Shown here: one piece after another, positions 30,401 to 38,885 of the stretch | Layout of the letters: each line of letters starts with the position of its first letter | Numbering within the stretch: the stretch's first letter is position 1 | NCBI GenBank assembly: GCA_004293915.1 | Contig: RDZG01000057.1 | Location: 1 to 64,000 of the forward strand | Reading direction: 5' to 3' | Origin: Bacteroidota bacterium | GTDB taxonomy: Bacteria; Bacteroidota; Bacteroidia; Cytophagales; UBA9547 | Length of the DNA stretch: 64,000 nt | Program-made: the position numbers and the translations under genes | The notes under the pieces: model-generated | The model's database searches: none | Told to the model about the DNA's origin: nothing | The model's input: the letters and a program-made list of their open reading frames with translations, nothing else

Positions 30401-32165
30401 TTAAAATCGGATTATTTAATTGTGTTCTATCGTTCCTATAATTTACCCTAAACTGGAAATTTTCTCTCGAAATTTGTGTACTTCCGAGCGAATAAATGTT
30501 TTTCATTTGCAAATTCCACATTGGGATATTAGTCCGAATGGTACTTGGTCGCAATAATTTCAAAAATAACAATGTTTTATTTACTGTGGTAATAGGTACT
30601 TGATTGGGATTTTGTTGAAATTGCTGCCCATTTTGATTAAATGTTGGATCACCTAAATTTGTGCCTGTTTGGCTACTTGTTCGTCTGTCGTCAATCATTT
30701 CTCCAACTTTATAAAAAACACCACGATACGAATATTCGTAAGCCACAGCCAAAACATCGTCTCTACTAAGTGGAGAGTTTAATGAAATATAACCCAATTG
30801 CGGATGAAATCGAAAGCGAGAAGGGTCAAGTTTTTTTGCATTTCTAACCAATTCATAATCGTTTCCGTTTTCGAGCATAAATGCCGAACTGCTCATTACA
30901 CTTACTATATCATCGGCATTTCTTGTGCCAGCACTTTCACTATTTATAAGTTTTTCGTATAAATTATTGGCTCTGTTATCGGCAACACCGTTGCTTAGTG
31001 TTCCCATTTGAATATCTTCTTTATTATATGGATTTTTTTCTCCCAAATCCATAAAAGCAGCAATGTTGTTTAATTCTATCGATGTATTATCGCGGTTGGT
31101 TACATACACATCCACACGTGTAATCATCACACCCGAGTTGATAACTGGCGTGGTTTCGAGCGATTTTTCATAATTATCTCTAAAAAATTGGGATAAAAAA
31201 TAATGTTGGTTGTCTTGATAATCTGTCGAACGAATCTCAAATTTGCGAACCTGTGCTCCACCTTGCACTTTTACTTCGTCTGCCCTACCTCGTTGATTTG
31301 CAGCCACACCCACAATATTTAAACGTCCAAATTTCAATGTAGCTTTTACCCCAAACAAATTTTGTGCTCCTTGAATCAAACTGTTATTCAATGGCATACT
31401 TACATTCCCAGCCTCAATTTTTTGAATGATATCGGTTTCGGATGAAGTATAGTCTATTTTAACGGTATTATCAAAATCGAACTGCGAACGTGTATCTTGA
31501 TTAATGGTTAATCGCAAACGTTCGCCAATTTTTCCTTGTGCGTTCATCGCTATATTTTGATCAAACCTAAACGCACCAATAGTTCTTAAATTTACAGGAA
31601 CTGCTGGATTATCAATGGTTTGCAAATTATAGCCAAAATCTAATAAAACCGAACCATTTAGTTTTACATCAATATAGTTTCCACCAAAAATACGGTCTAA
31701 ACTTGGGTTAATATAGACTCTCGGAACTAGTCCACGATTGCTTGTGGCAGGATTTTGGGCTTCTTTTTCTTTTGCTTTTTGTGCATAAAAGTTTTTGATA
31801 GTCTTGCGTTTTTGATATTCTTTAAATTGTTCATAAGTCATTTGGGTTGGAGGTCTTAGCTCAACATCGTTGAGTTTTTCGTCAATCGTATACGATTTTC
31901 CATCTTCAGTTATTTGAACATCTGTTTTTGCTTTTTTATTTCCTATATCATAAAAAGGAGTTTTGCCTTTTGGATCCATAAACTCATCGCCATATCTATC
32001 TTTTGGTTTGTAAGTAGAGCGTTTCGATGGTTTATATTTTTGAGCGGGTGCCGTTTTTGTAGTATCGTTTTGGGCAATAGCAAAAGTGCATACTCCAAAA
32101 ATGAAGCATATTAATGTTCCAACGTTAATTAAATTGTTGGTAATATGTCGAAGTATTTTACTCAA
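24459..32165 (-). CDS. sprA: Gliding motility / T9SS protein SprA
   Basis: 2568 aa with a signal peptide. Giant beta-rich protein directly downstream of ruvA, as in Flavobacterium. Size and composition fit SprA. Confidence 0.8.
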   Translation of the reverse strand: MSKILRHITNNLINVGTLICFIFGVCTFAIAQNDTTKTAPAQKYKPSKRSTYKPKDRYGDEFMDPKGKTPFYDIGNKKAKTDVQITEDGKSYTIDEKLNDVELRPPTQMTYEQFKEYQKRKTIKNFYAQKAKEKEAQNPATSNRGLVPRVYINPSLDRIFGGNYIDVKLNGSVLLDFGYNLQTIDNPAVPVNLRTIGAFRFDQNIAMNAQGKIGERLRLTINQDTRSQFDFDNTVKIDYTSSETDIIQKIEAGNVSMPLNNSLIQGAQNLFGVKATLKFGRLNIVGVAANQRGRADEVKVQGGAQVRKFEIRSTDYQDNQHYFLSQFFRDNYEKSLETTPVINSGVMITRVDVYVTNRDNTSIELNNIAAFMDLGEKNPYNKEDIQMGTLSNGVADNRANNLYEKLINSESAGTRNADDIVSVMSSSAFMLENGNDYELVRNAKKLDPSRFRFHPQLGYISLNSPLSRDDVLAVAYEYSYRGVFYKVGEMIDDRRTSSQTGTNLGDPTFNQNGQQFQQNPNQVPITTVNKTLLFLKLLRPSTIRTNIPMWNLQMKNIYSLGSTQISRENFQFRVNYRNDRTQLNNPILNYGGTRDDVFGGIEGKPLIEVMNLDKLNMSNDLQPDGNFDFVDNATNQTSAVGPQNTALQPTLPNQGTTQNPNQQNTTPQNTNLNDPSQNINLSIQTNKVTAVTIDPAYGRMIFPVLEPFGSHLRKSFGQDTLAQPQLINQYVFDEIYRNTKSDVLQLAGKNKFFLIGQLQSSSSDVIQFASFGGNIDPKSVSVYSGSQRLNENIDYILMPELGQIKIINPVFLMPGQDVRVKFDKQDLFQVRQRGFLGLRADYKVNKDVAFGATYLSLSERPQISRVAIGDEPVSNSIYGLDGTFKRESGFITKLVDKLPVINTKEKSTIQFSGEFAKLNTGSPSFVEKGGQPNYYLDDFENSQTEFSLGSSAPQNVWRIASVPKGLEGLNYNENSNPIAIGDNRARLAWYQVDFSFYQQRGNIPDSITAEDLTNHYVRAINQQALFPGRDRQQLQTPEPVFDLAFYPEERGPYNYSSNLNQNGLLTSPRNSWAGITRAVNNQDTDFDNANYQYLEFWMMDPFIATNRGRVLDGRLNKSNATGGRIEFHLGSISEDAIKDGRQNFEQGLSVPNDINSPTTDLTAVSRVTNQPYLTNAFGTQEGAREAQDIGLEGLSDDQERGYFRSRFLDKIKSIVSTETYNQIESDPSNDNFKHYLDASYDNINGRSAKIAERYKLFNGQEKNSQESTGQTRNNYNTPDNEDLNQNNTLNDIEAYFKYKLDLRPGQLKVGSNFIINEVTETVDFNNNNALDADEAVKWYLFRIPLREGFEKVGDIENFKSIRFLRMALTDWAEPVVIRTAKLELVASTWRPFLGDLSGKGLKQVIEPDDKVFTISQVNAEENTQGVLNGNSPYVQPPGFQRDRDLSNTVNRRLNEHSLRLCVDNLAYNDARGAFKIYSTGSSGVNLINYDRMRMFVHAETSDIFTKDEDTRIFMRIGTDLTDNYYEVEIPLDFTKNDKLSTLNGKEIDDGSILNDKLEIWRKDNWFDFKLEDLSTQKVRRDSTRDVDRFQIFDAGFLTDSTGKNLTKQRLYIRGTPNYANIQAVMIGIRNPKKQGGDRTSKSLCIWANELRMSGFQNADGLAATAKLNIKLADFGNIAGTTRYATAGFGGLEQKVSQRLQETTHDYGANGNFAIDKLIPLNEKHIGLKLPLFVSIDRKDITPRYDPLRPDVLTERSINGRPDSIRSEYAKLIEDQTLRRSVSLTNVQKVKVKPNAKKHIYDVENLSATVAYSDVNRANVNIQSYNSRNYRAGLGYNYNLANSNIEPLKKVDGPFKSPYLKLIKEMNFSPLPASITLRGDLDRTIIKTQYSNGIESGRHNIDGIIPTFEKRFLFNRNYAMSWNFTKSISFNYSANVNAIVDEPGGDINDDLISSSRPNFTKRDSVMFNLTRGGRTKNFVQNARLNYKLPLDKFPLTSFLSADASYNAGFNFNAGAAGRKTDSLGNTAQNNRDLTLNARADLAKIYNKVKFLSKLNQPPAPKPVPNPKDTSKKAPPPPELRGLKFVARLLTMVKSVNATYQQTEGTVLPGYKGKPRYFGLDDSQNEGSLYTDFLPFILGSQDNRIYRNPDFADKYMSKAQNLSNFVAQNRTNNINGRATVEPFRDFRIQLDAKVSYTSAYQELFKYNTTSDTSNPFYNRFESLAPTRSGNYNISFMSIGTFFVADNSDNTNAVFNEFQSNRNVILERLKDGNPTIEAQENGTQKTDFRYDKNHQDVLIPAFLAAYSGKDATKSGLSAFPRIPLPNWRLDYAGLGNIFPGLKKIFPSISITHAYSSTYNVGNFTSNGKYNNTNDIRKDFPFEYLNPSQPIGVAKPDSAADFKNNFAPINVINSVSIIDRFTPFLGVNMKTKNNMNFRVEYKTDRNVTLSIANSQINENRSSEFVFGYGYTKANLKLPFMYRGRTIVIKNDVQFRVDISRRDSKITQRRLDDSPVVTQGVTTYQVTPNIGYQLNQRLNIQIYCEYRLTIPKISTSFRQSTFQFGVRLRFSLS

Positions 32166-32173
32166 TGAAAAAC

Positions 32174-32767
32174 TTACGCAGATTTTAATGCAATTTTTAT
32201 TATTTGTTCAGTAGTAATGTTTGCGTCATGCGTTTTGAGTATAGTGTCTATGGTTTTTTCTGCCGATGGTTTCGGAATACCAAGTGCAACAAGTGCAGCT
32301 AGGGCATCTTGCCTTTTAGCAGAATGCGAATTTAAAGGAATATTTTGTGATAATAAAATAGTAGTGTCTTTTTTGACTTTATCTTTTAGTTCTAATATAA
32401 TTCGTTGTGCTGTTTTAAGCCCAATTCCCTTTATAGATTGAATCGTTTTGAGGTCTTCTCTCAAAATGGCAGTTTGCAATTCGTCAAAACTAAGCGATGA
32501 CAACACAGTGAGTGCCGTACCTGGACCAACTCCAGAAATCGAAATCAAATCCAAAAAACTTTTTTTCTCTTCTGAATCAAAAAAGCCAAAAAGTGTATGA
32601 GCATCTTCCTTTATATTAAGGTATGTTTGAACACGGCATTTATCTTTTCCTTTTAGTTGCGAATAGGTTCGTACCGAAATTCTAATTTCGTATCCTAATC
32701 CATTTACATTAATTATTAGCAATGCTGGATTCAAATCTTCGATAATACCCTCAATAAATGCAATCAT
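32174..32767 (-). CDS. ruvA: Holliday junction branch migration protein RuvA
   Basis: 197 aa. OB-fold N-terminus, HhH motifs ISGVGPGTA and IKGIGLKTA, C-terminal domain III. Confidence 0.85.
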   Translation of the reverse strand: MIAFIEGIIEDLNPALLIINVNGLGYEIRISVRTYSQLKGKDKCRVQTYLNIKEDAHTLFGFFDSEEKKSFLDLISISGVGPGTALTVLSSLSFDELQTAILREDLKTIQSIKGIGLKTAQRIILELKDKVKKDTTILLSQNIPLNSHSAKRQDALAALVALGIPKPSAEKTIDTILKTHDANITTEQIIKIALKSA

Positions 32768-33332
32768 TATTTAATTTTTATTCCTTAAATTAATTTCAAC
32801 TTCAAAAATAACGAAACAATTATTGTATTAGTATTTCTTTTTTAATCTTTTTTTAATTTTAGTACAATTTGACTTCATTTTTTTGCCTACTTTTTTATCA
32901 AATAATACAAATCTTTAAAATAGAGTTTCGTTTTTAACTAAGTTTTAAAAAAAATAATGTTTTTTTAAAAAGATATATTCAAAAAACAATGACCTCTCAT
33001 AAAAATAATATAAATATTCCAATAATAGGTTTAAATATAATATGAATCTTCAAAAAATAAGTACTTTTAACTAAAATATTGTTCAAAATATTTTGAGCAT
33101 AAATACTTATTACTTATTTTTGAAATACTAATTAAAAAACAAAGCATATTTTATAAAAAATATACTAAAAAATAAAAAACAGGTTTAAAAAACTTGTATA
33201 TTATTAATAAAAAATATTTATTTTATAAAAATAGGTTTAAAATTAAAAATTAGAGTGTTTAAAAAAGTATTGTTGTTTACATATATATAAGTATAAATAC
33301 CAATTAATTGTTCAATCCTAACTTAATAAAAA

Positions 33333-34982
33333 ATGAGTAACCTTCTACGAAAAAAGAAAAGCCTAATGGCAAGCTTTTGCATTGCAGCATCGCAAATTGC
33401 ATTTGGACAAATTCAACCACCACCAACGTTGGCATTGCAACCTCAACCTACATTTCAACCAGCAGGTATGCCATTGTGGAATATTACTGGGCAAGTACGT
33501 ACTCGTACAGAATTTAGAGATGGTTTAGGAAATCCAGCTTATGTAGGGGCAGCTCCAAATATTTTCACATCGCAACGTACAAACTTAAATATTGGTTACC
33601 GTTGGGATAAATTATTGTTTGGTTTGGATTTGCGTGATGTGCGTGTTTGGGGACAAGATGCCGCAACTATTAACAACGCTGATGGAAACAAATTCTTTTT
33701 GCACCAAGCTTGGGGAGAGTTCATTATTGCTTCGGCTGCCGATACAAACTGCAAATTAAAAATTGATAATCTTTCATTAAAAGTTGGTCGCCAAGAGTTG
33801 ATTTATGACGATTCTCGTTTGCTTGGAAACTTAGATTGGTTACAACAAGGCAGAAGACACGATATGGCATTATTAAAAATGATGCACCGTGGGTATCAAG
33901 CCGATTTTGGTGTGGCTTTTAACCAAAATAACGACAATTTTGGAAATTATGGTACTACTTATGTGCCTGCAAATACTCCAGCAACTGCAGCTGCAGGAAC
34001 AATTCCAGTAAATGCATCAAATGCTGGTAGTGTTGGAACTTCTTGGCTAGGTCCTTTGGGTACAAATGGTGCCCAAAATATGTACAAATCAATGATGATG
34101 TTGTATTTGAGCAAAAAATTCAATCAAACTAAAATTTCTGTTTTGGCTTTGAATGATAACTTCCAGAAATATTCTATTACTGGTGTAAATGTTGCTGCTA
34201 ATACTGCTGTAAGAAATTATGGCAACTTTCCAGGTAGAGAAAATGGCAATGGTGTACATTCTCGATTCACTGCTGGTTTCCAAATATCAACTCAATTTGG
34301 AAATTCTACAGAAGGTTGGAAAACATTTATAAATGGTGGTGCATATTACCAATTTGGAAAATCTCCACAATCAAGAGCTAATGGAACTTCTCAAAATGTA
34401 GAAGCATCACACATATTTGGTTATGCAACATTCTCGAAAGATAAATGGTCGTTTGGTCCTGGCTTTGATATTCTTTCGGGCAACAAACAATCTAAACCTG
34501 ATAGTTATGACCACCGTTTTGATCCATTATATGGTACTCCGCACAGATGGTGGGGATATATGGATTATTTCTATGTTGGAACGGGTGGACCAGCAGCTGG
34601 TTTGCAAAACTTTTACTTGAAAGGTAAATATACACACAAATCGTTCTTTGTTTCTTTAGATGCACATGCATTCTTCAGTCAAAATTCGATGAAATATGTA
34701 TCAAAAACAGGTGCATTAACAGAAACCAAAACAGGTGTAATGAACTTAGGAACAGAGTTTGATTTGATTTGCAATGTGCATGTAAACAAATTTGTAAATC
34801 TTGAGGCTGGATATTCAGTATTCTTATCTACTGAAGCTACCGAGTTTGCAAAAAATGGCACACCAGGTGTAAGGGCTTGGAATGGCTCTCGCTCAACAGA
34901 CTCATTTAATCAATGGGGATATTTGATGATAAACATTCGTCCTGATTTCTTATTCCAAAAACCAGTTGCAATCAAAAATTAA
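33333..34982 (+). CDS. Outer-membrane porin-like protein (alginate-export-family-like), upstream of the nitrate-type ABC transporter
   Basis: 549 aa. Signal peptide. Beta-barrel character. C-terminal aromatic-rich strands. Confidence 0.5.
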   Translation: MSNLLRKKKSLMASFCIAASQIAFGQIQPPPTLALQPQPTFQPAGMPLWNITGQVRTRTEFRDGLGNPAYVGAAPNIFTSQRTNLNIGYRWDKLLFGLDLRDVRVWGQDAATINNADGNKFFLHQAWGEFIIASAADTNCKLKIDNLSLKVGRQELIYDDSRLLGNLDWLQQGRRHDMALLKMMHRGYQADFGVAFNQNNDNFGNYGTTYVPANTPATAAAGTIPVNASNAGSVGTSWLGPLGTNGAQNMYKSMMMLYLSKKFNQTKISVLALNDNFQKYSITGVNVAANTAVRNYGNFPGRENGNGVHSRFTAGFQISTQFGNSTEGWKTFINGGAYYQFGKSPQSRANGTSQNVEASHIFGYATFSKDKWSFGPGFDILSGNKQSKPDSYDHRFDPLYGTPHRWWGYMDYFYVGTGGPAAGLQNFYLKGKYTHKSFFVSLDAHAFFSQNSMKYVSKTGALTETKTGVMNLGTEFDLICNVHVNKFVNLEAGYSVFLSTEATEFAKNGTPGVRAWNGSRSTDSFNQWGYLMINIRPDFLFQKPVAIKN

Positions 34983-35135
34983 AAGCCCCCTAACCCCCGA
35001 AGGGGGAATTAAAAATTTAGTTTTAATTAAAGGGTAAATATTTATAATATGTAAACATTTGCTAGTTTAGATTCCCGACTGGCAAATTTCAAGAACTTAA
35101 AAACTCCCCCTTCGGGGGTCGGGGGGCTTTAAAAA
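34981..35135. repeat. GC-rich palindromic MITE/REP-like element (intergenic copy)
   Basis: AAAAGCCCCCTAACCCCCGAAGGGGGAATT ... AT-rich ~95-bp core ... AACTCCCCCTTCGGGGGTCGGGGGGCTTTAAAA. Termini are inverted repeats of each other. Confidence 0.7.
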
Positions 35136-35145
35136 CGTAATAAAA

Positions 35146-36351
35146 ATGAAAAGAATAATTTTAAAAGCAATTGGTATAGCAGCATCGCTATTTATTGCAA
35201 CTTCGCAAACTATGGGTCAAGACCCTATCAAATTAGGTTTTATTCCGCTCACAGATTGTGCACCACTTGTGGCTGCCAAAGAGCTTGGTTTGTTCAAAAA
35301 ATACGGTGTTGATGTGGTACTTTCTAAAGAAGCATCATGGGCAAACATCCGTGACAAAGTGTTGATTGGAGAGCTAGATGGTGCTCATTGTTTGTTCGGA
35401 ATGCCTTTTTCGGTTTATACAGGTGTAGGTGGAAAAGAGGGTTCTGAAATGAAAATTGCCATGGTGTTGAACAACAACGGACAAGGTATTACTTTATCTA
35501 GAGATTTTTGTGGCGAAGTAGGCTTCAGAGAAATTGCTAAGGTGTCTACTGCTGTTCAAACTGTGAAATCTAAAAAAGCAGATGTAACTTTTGCTATGAC
35601 ATTCCCAGGTGGCACACATGATATGTGGCTTCGTGTTTGGTTAGCTGCTTGTGGAATTAGCCAAAAATCGGTTGGTATTATCACAATTCCGCCTCCGCAA
35701 ATGGTTGCAAACATGCGTGTGGATAACATGGAAGGATATTGCGTTGGAGAGCCTTGGAATGGTGTTGCTGCTGCTCAAAATGTAGGTTTTACACACGTTG
35801 CTTCGCAAGATATCTGGAAACATCATCCTGAAAAAGCTTTAGTTGTAAACAAAGATTTTGCTGCCAAAAAACGTGAAGACCTTAAAAAAGTAATGAAAGC
35901 CATTATGGAAGCTTGTGTTTGGTTAGACAACATGGCAAATCGCAAAAAAGCAGCTGCATGGCTCACAAAACCTTATTATGTAAACGCTCAGTTGGCTGTA
36001 ATCGAGGCTCGTTTATTAGGTTCTAACGATTTAGGTTGCGATCTTGGTGTACAAAAATACAAAGACGACTATATGTTGTTTCATAATAAAGGATTTGTAA
36101 ACATGCCTCGCAAAGCACACGGTATTTGGTTTATGTCGCAATATGTACGCTTCGGTTATTTGAAAGAATTGCCAGCTGATTACAAAAAAATCGCAGATAA
36201 TCTTATCATGGACGACCTATATGAAGAAGTTGCTAAAGAAATGAATGTTGCTATGCAAACAGACGACATGAAACCTTTCTCTATTGCAATGGACAAAACT
36301 CCTTTCGATGCAAATAATCCAAGTGATTATTTGAGTAAATGCAAAAAATAA
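35146..36351 (+). CDS. ABC transporter substrate-binding protein, NrtA/CmpA (nitrate/bicarbonate, NitT/TauT) family
   Basis: 401 aa with a signal peptide. LGFIPLTDCAPLVAAKELGLFKKYGVDVVLSKEASWANIRDK closely follows the NrtA/CmpA N-terminal signature as remembered. Confidence 0.7.
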   Translation: MKRIILKAIGIAASLFIATSQTMGQDPIKLGFIPLTDCAPLVAAKELGLFKKYGVDVVLSKEASWANIRDKVLIGELDGAHCLFGMPFSVYTGVGGKEGSEMKIAMVLNNNGQGITLSRDFCGEVGFREIAKVSTAVQTVKSKKADVTFAMTFPGGTHDMWLRVWLAACGISQKSVGIITIPPPQMVANMRVDNMEGYCVGEPWNGVAAAQNVGFTHVASQDIWKHHPEKALVVNKDFAAKKREDLKKVMKAIMEACVWLDNMANRKKAAAWLTKPYYVNAQLAVIEARLLGSNDLGCDLGVQKYKDDYMLFHNKGFVNMPRKAHGIWFMSQYVRFGYLKELPADYKKIADNLIMDDLYEEVAKEMNVAMQTDDMKPFSIAMDKTPFDANNPSDYLSKCKK

Positions 36352-36355
36352 ACAT

Positions 36356-36509
36356 GAATGGAGAATTGAGAATGGAGAATTGAGAATGAATTTGTTTTAG
36401 AAATATTAAAATATATTTATTCTCGGTTTTTCATTCTCAATTCTCAATTAAAAATTCTCAATTCTCAATTAAAAATTCTCCATTCTCAATTCTCAATTCT
36501 CAATTAAGA
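36356..36509. repeat. Long imperfect inverted repeat built from heptamer repeats (GAGAATT/GAGAATG versus ATTCTCA), intercistronic
   Basis: gaatggagaattgagaatggagaattgagaatgaa ... 40-nt AT loop ... ttcattctcaattctcaatt aaaa attctcaattctcaatt aaaa attctccattctcaattctcaattctcaatt. Confidence 0.75.
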
Positions 36510-36513
36510 AACC

Positions 36514-37323
36514 ATGCCAATCGTACACAACACACTTAAATACACATGGATCAAAATTGCTCCATTTATCTACTTTATTGGAAGCATATTTGTGCTGATA
36601 TTGCTTTGGAAATTCTTTTCTTGGAAAACAAATGGCGATATTCCTGGACCAGATGCAGGATTATTGGCTGTACAAGAGCTTTTTATCGACATGAGTCCCT
36701 TTTATAGCGACCCAGAAGACCCAAACACACAAGGAATTTTGATTATGATGTGGGGTTCTCTCCTACGTGTATTCACAGGCTTTATATTAGGTAGTTTAGT
36801 TGCCATTCCAATCGGATTTTTAATGGGAAGTAGCACCTTATGGATGAATATTTTTAACCCTATTGTGCAAACGTTGCGTCCAGTTTCGCCTTTAGCTTGG
36901 TTTCCTTTAGGAATGATAGCACTAAAAAGTGCATCGGGAGCAACAATCTTTATGATTTTTATCACATCACTTTGGCCCACACTTATAAATACGGCATTGG
37001 GAGTTTCATCGCTACCTGCCGACCATAAAAATGTGGCAAAAGCCTTTGGATTTTCGACATGGAAATATTTAACTAAGATTTTAATACCATACTCGCTACC
37101 CTATATTATTACAGGGTTAAGGTTAAGCATTGGGGTAGCTTGGATGGTAATTGTAGCTGGCGAAATGCTCTCTGGTGGGCAAGGAATTGGCTTCTTTGTT
37201 TGGGATAGTTATAACGGAGGTGCTTTAGAAAAAGTAATTATGGCAATATTTTTAATTGGTATTGCAGGTTTGATACTTGATAAAGTATTTAACTATCTTC
37301 AAAAAAGGTTCTCTTTTGTATAA
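36514..37323 (+). CDS. ABC transporter permease (NrtB/SsuC-type, NitT/TauT family)
   Basis: 269 aa with six TM helices. Binding-protein-dependent transport EAA-like loop. Confidence 0.75.
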   Translation: MPIVHNTLKYTWIKIAPFIYFIGSIFVLILLWKFFSWKTNGDIPGPDAGLLAVQELFIDMSPFYSDPEDPNTQGILIMMWGSLLRVFTGFILGSLVAIPIGFLMGSSTLWMNIFNPIVQTLRPVSPLAWFPLGMIALKSASGATIFMIFITSLWPTLINTALGVSSLPADHKNVAKAFGFSTWKYLTKILIPYSLPYIITGLRLSIGVAWMVIVAGEMLSGGQGIGFFVWDSYNGGALEKVIMAIFLIGIAGLILDKVFNYLQKRFSFV

Positions 37324-37403
37324 TCTTTATCCATCTATCTTTTGATTCTGCAAAATCAAAGTATAAATTACTATTAAAATGGAGTATTTAAAGTTATTAT
37401 ATA

Positions 37404-37659
37404 TAAATATGCCTATTTTATAACTAACTATGACAGTTTTACAATAAAATATGCCTAATTTAAAAGTAAATTTGTGAGTTTTATAAGTAAATGTGTCAAT
37501 ATTATTATAAATGTTACGAATTTAATAACAAATGTTACAAATTTAGCATTGAATTTGCCAAATTTATAACTAAAATAGGCAAATTTAATACCAAATATCA
37601 CAAATTTAATGCTGAATTCGACATATTTAACTACAAAATAGGCATATTTTATTTAACTT
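37404..37659. repeat. Tandem array of ~12 degenerate 21-bp units between the permease and ATPase genes
   Basis: aatatgcctaatttaaaagta / aatttgtgagttttataagta / aatgttacgaatttaataaca / aatttgccaaatttataacta / aaataggcaaatttaatacca / ... The ORF-track 74-aa ORF here is a repeat artefact. Confidence 0.75.
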
Positions 37660-37814
37660 ATTACAACTTTGATTTATTACATAACAAACAAAATTATAAA
37701 AAAGACAAATTTTAAATAAAATAGTAGGTAATAAATAGTAAAATAGTCAGTAGTAACTGCAATTATCACATAAACAACACAAAATATTAATTCTTAATTA
37801 TCAATTCTTAAAAT

Positions 37815-38666
37815 ATGGATGCTCAACAACTAGCCTACGAAGAAACTTACGAAAAAAATAAACTTACACAACCCGTGTGTATAGATATAAAAGACGTTAC
37901 TATAAGTTTTGATACCCCAAAAGGTATATATTGTGCCGTAAAAAATGTTAGTCTTCAAATCAAGAAAGGACAAATTGTGTCTATCATTGGACATTCAGGC
38001 TGTGGTAAATCTACATTGATGAATACCATTTCGGGAATGGTAAAACCTACCGATGGCGAAGTATATGCAAACGGTAAATTAGTAAAAGGTCCGGGTCCTG
38101 ACAGAGGAATTGTGTTTCAAAATTACTCTTTGTTGCCTTGGCTTACTGTATACGAAAACATTTATGTAGCAGTAGAAAGTGTATTAAAAGGAAAATCAGC
38201 TGTAGAGCTAGCTAAAATAGCCGAAGAAAACCTACGCATGGTTAATCTTTGGGTACATAAAGACAAATTGCCAAGTCAGCTATCAGGAGGCATGAAACAA
38301 CGCACCGCTATTGCTCGTGCATTTGCCATAAATCCAAGTATTTTACTTTTGGATGAGCCTTTTGGTGCATTAGATGCCCTTACCAAAGGTACTATGCATA
38401 TCGAATTGCTAAAACTTTGGAACTTAGATAATAGAAACAAAACTATTGTGATGGTAACTCACGATATTGACGAAGCTATTTTCCTTTCTGATATTGTAGT
38501 TGTGATGAATAACGGACCAGCTGCCACTATCAAAGAAATAGTTGAAGTACCATTGCCACGATTACGCAATAAAAAAGAAATAGTACAGCAACCCAATTAT
38601 ATTTCAACACATAACAAACTGATGAATTTGTTATTCGATAAGTTTGATATCACTGATATTCATTAA
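37815..38666 (+). CDS. ABC transporter ATP-binding protein (NrtD/SsuB-type)
   Basis: Walker A GHSGCGKST, signature LSGGMKQR, Walker B LLLDEPFGALD. Confidence 0.8.
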   Translation: MDAQQLAYEETYEKNKLTQPVCIDIKDVTISFDTPKGIYCAVKNVSLQIKKGQIVSIIGHSGCGKSTLMNTISGMVKPTDGEVYANGKLVKGPGPDRGIVFQNYSLLPWLTVYENIYVAVESVLKGKSAVELAKIAEENLRMVNLWVHKDKLPSQLSGGMKQRTAIARAFAINPSILLLDEPFGALDALTKGTMHIELLKLWNLDNRNKTIVMVTHDIDEAIFLSDIVVVMNNGPAATIKEIVEVPLPRLRNKKEIVQQPNYISTHNKLMNLLFDKFDITDIH

Positions 38667-38727
38667 TAACAGATATTTTCAAAAAAATAATACAAAAACT
38701 ACACTTAAGTTGTTCCAACAAACAAAA

Positions 38728-38756
38728 AAGCCCCCTATTTTGGGGCTTTTTTTGTT
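38728..38756. terminator. Rho-independent terminator, bidirectional
   Basis: AAAAAAGCCCCC tatttt GGGGC TTTTTTTG. A-tract before and T-tract after. Sits between convergent genes. Confidence 0.6.
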
Positions 38757-38885
38757 TGTAATGGCTGTAAATTTGATGTATATTCGGATTTATATTGCAA
38801 TCTTATCTTGTAGTTTTGCAATGATGGTCGCAAATTTTATCCCTTGGCCAGGAATATAGAAACAAGGCGATAAAAATATGTATGT

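Noticed and set aside
24808-32114. Numerous 60-100-aa plus-strand ORFs inside sprA, and similar ones inside purL, alaS and the RND pump gene
   Set aside because: They are antisense to long, well-supported coding regions and show no signal peptides or motifs. These are typical shadow ORFs.
37491-37715. 74-aa ORF in the ORF track
   Set aside because: It lies entirely within the 21-bp tandem repeat array. Its repetitive amino-acid sequence (KFNxK...) is a translation artefact of the repeat.
38726-38760. Another copy of the GC-rich palindromic element
   Set aside because: Only a simple GCCCCC/GGGGC stem with flanking A- and T-tracts. It lacks the CCCCCGAAGGGGG core, so it is called as an ordinary bidirectional terminator.
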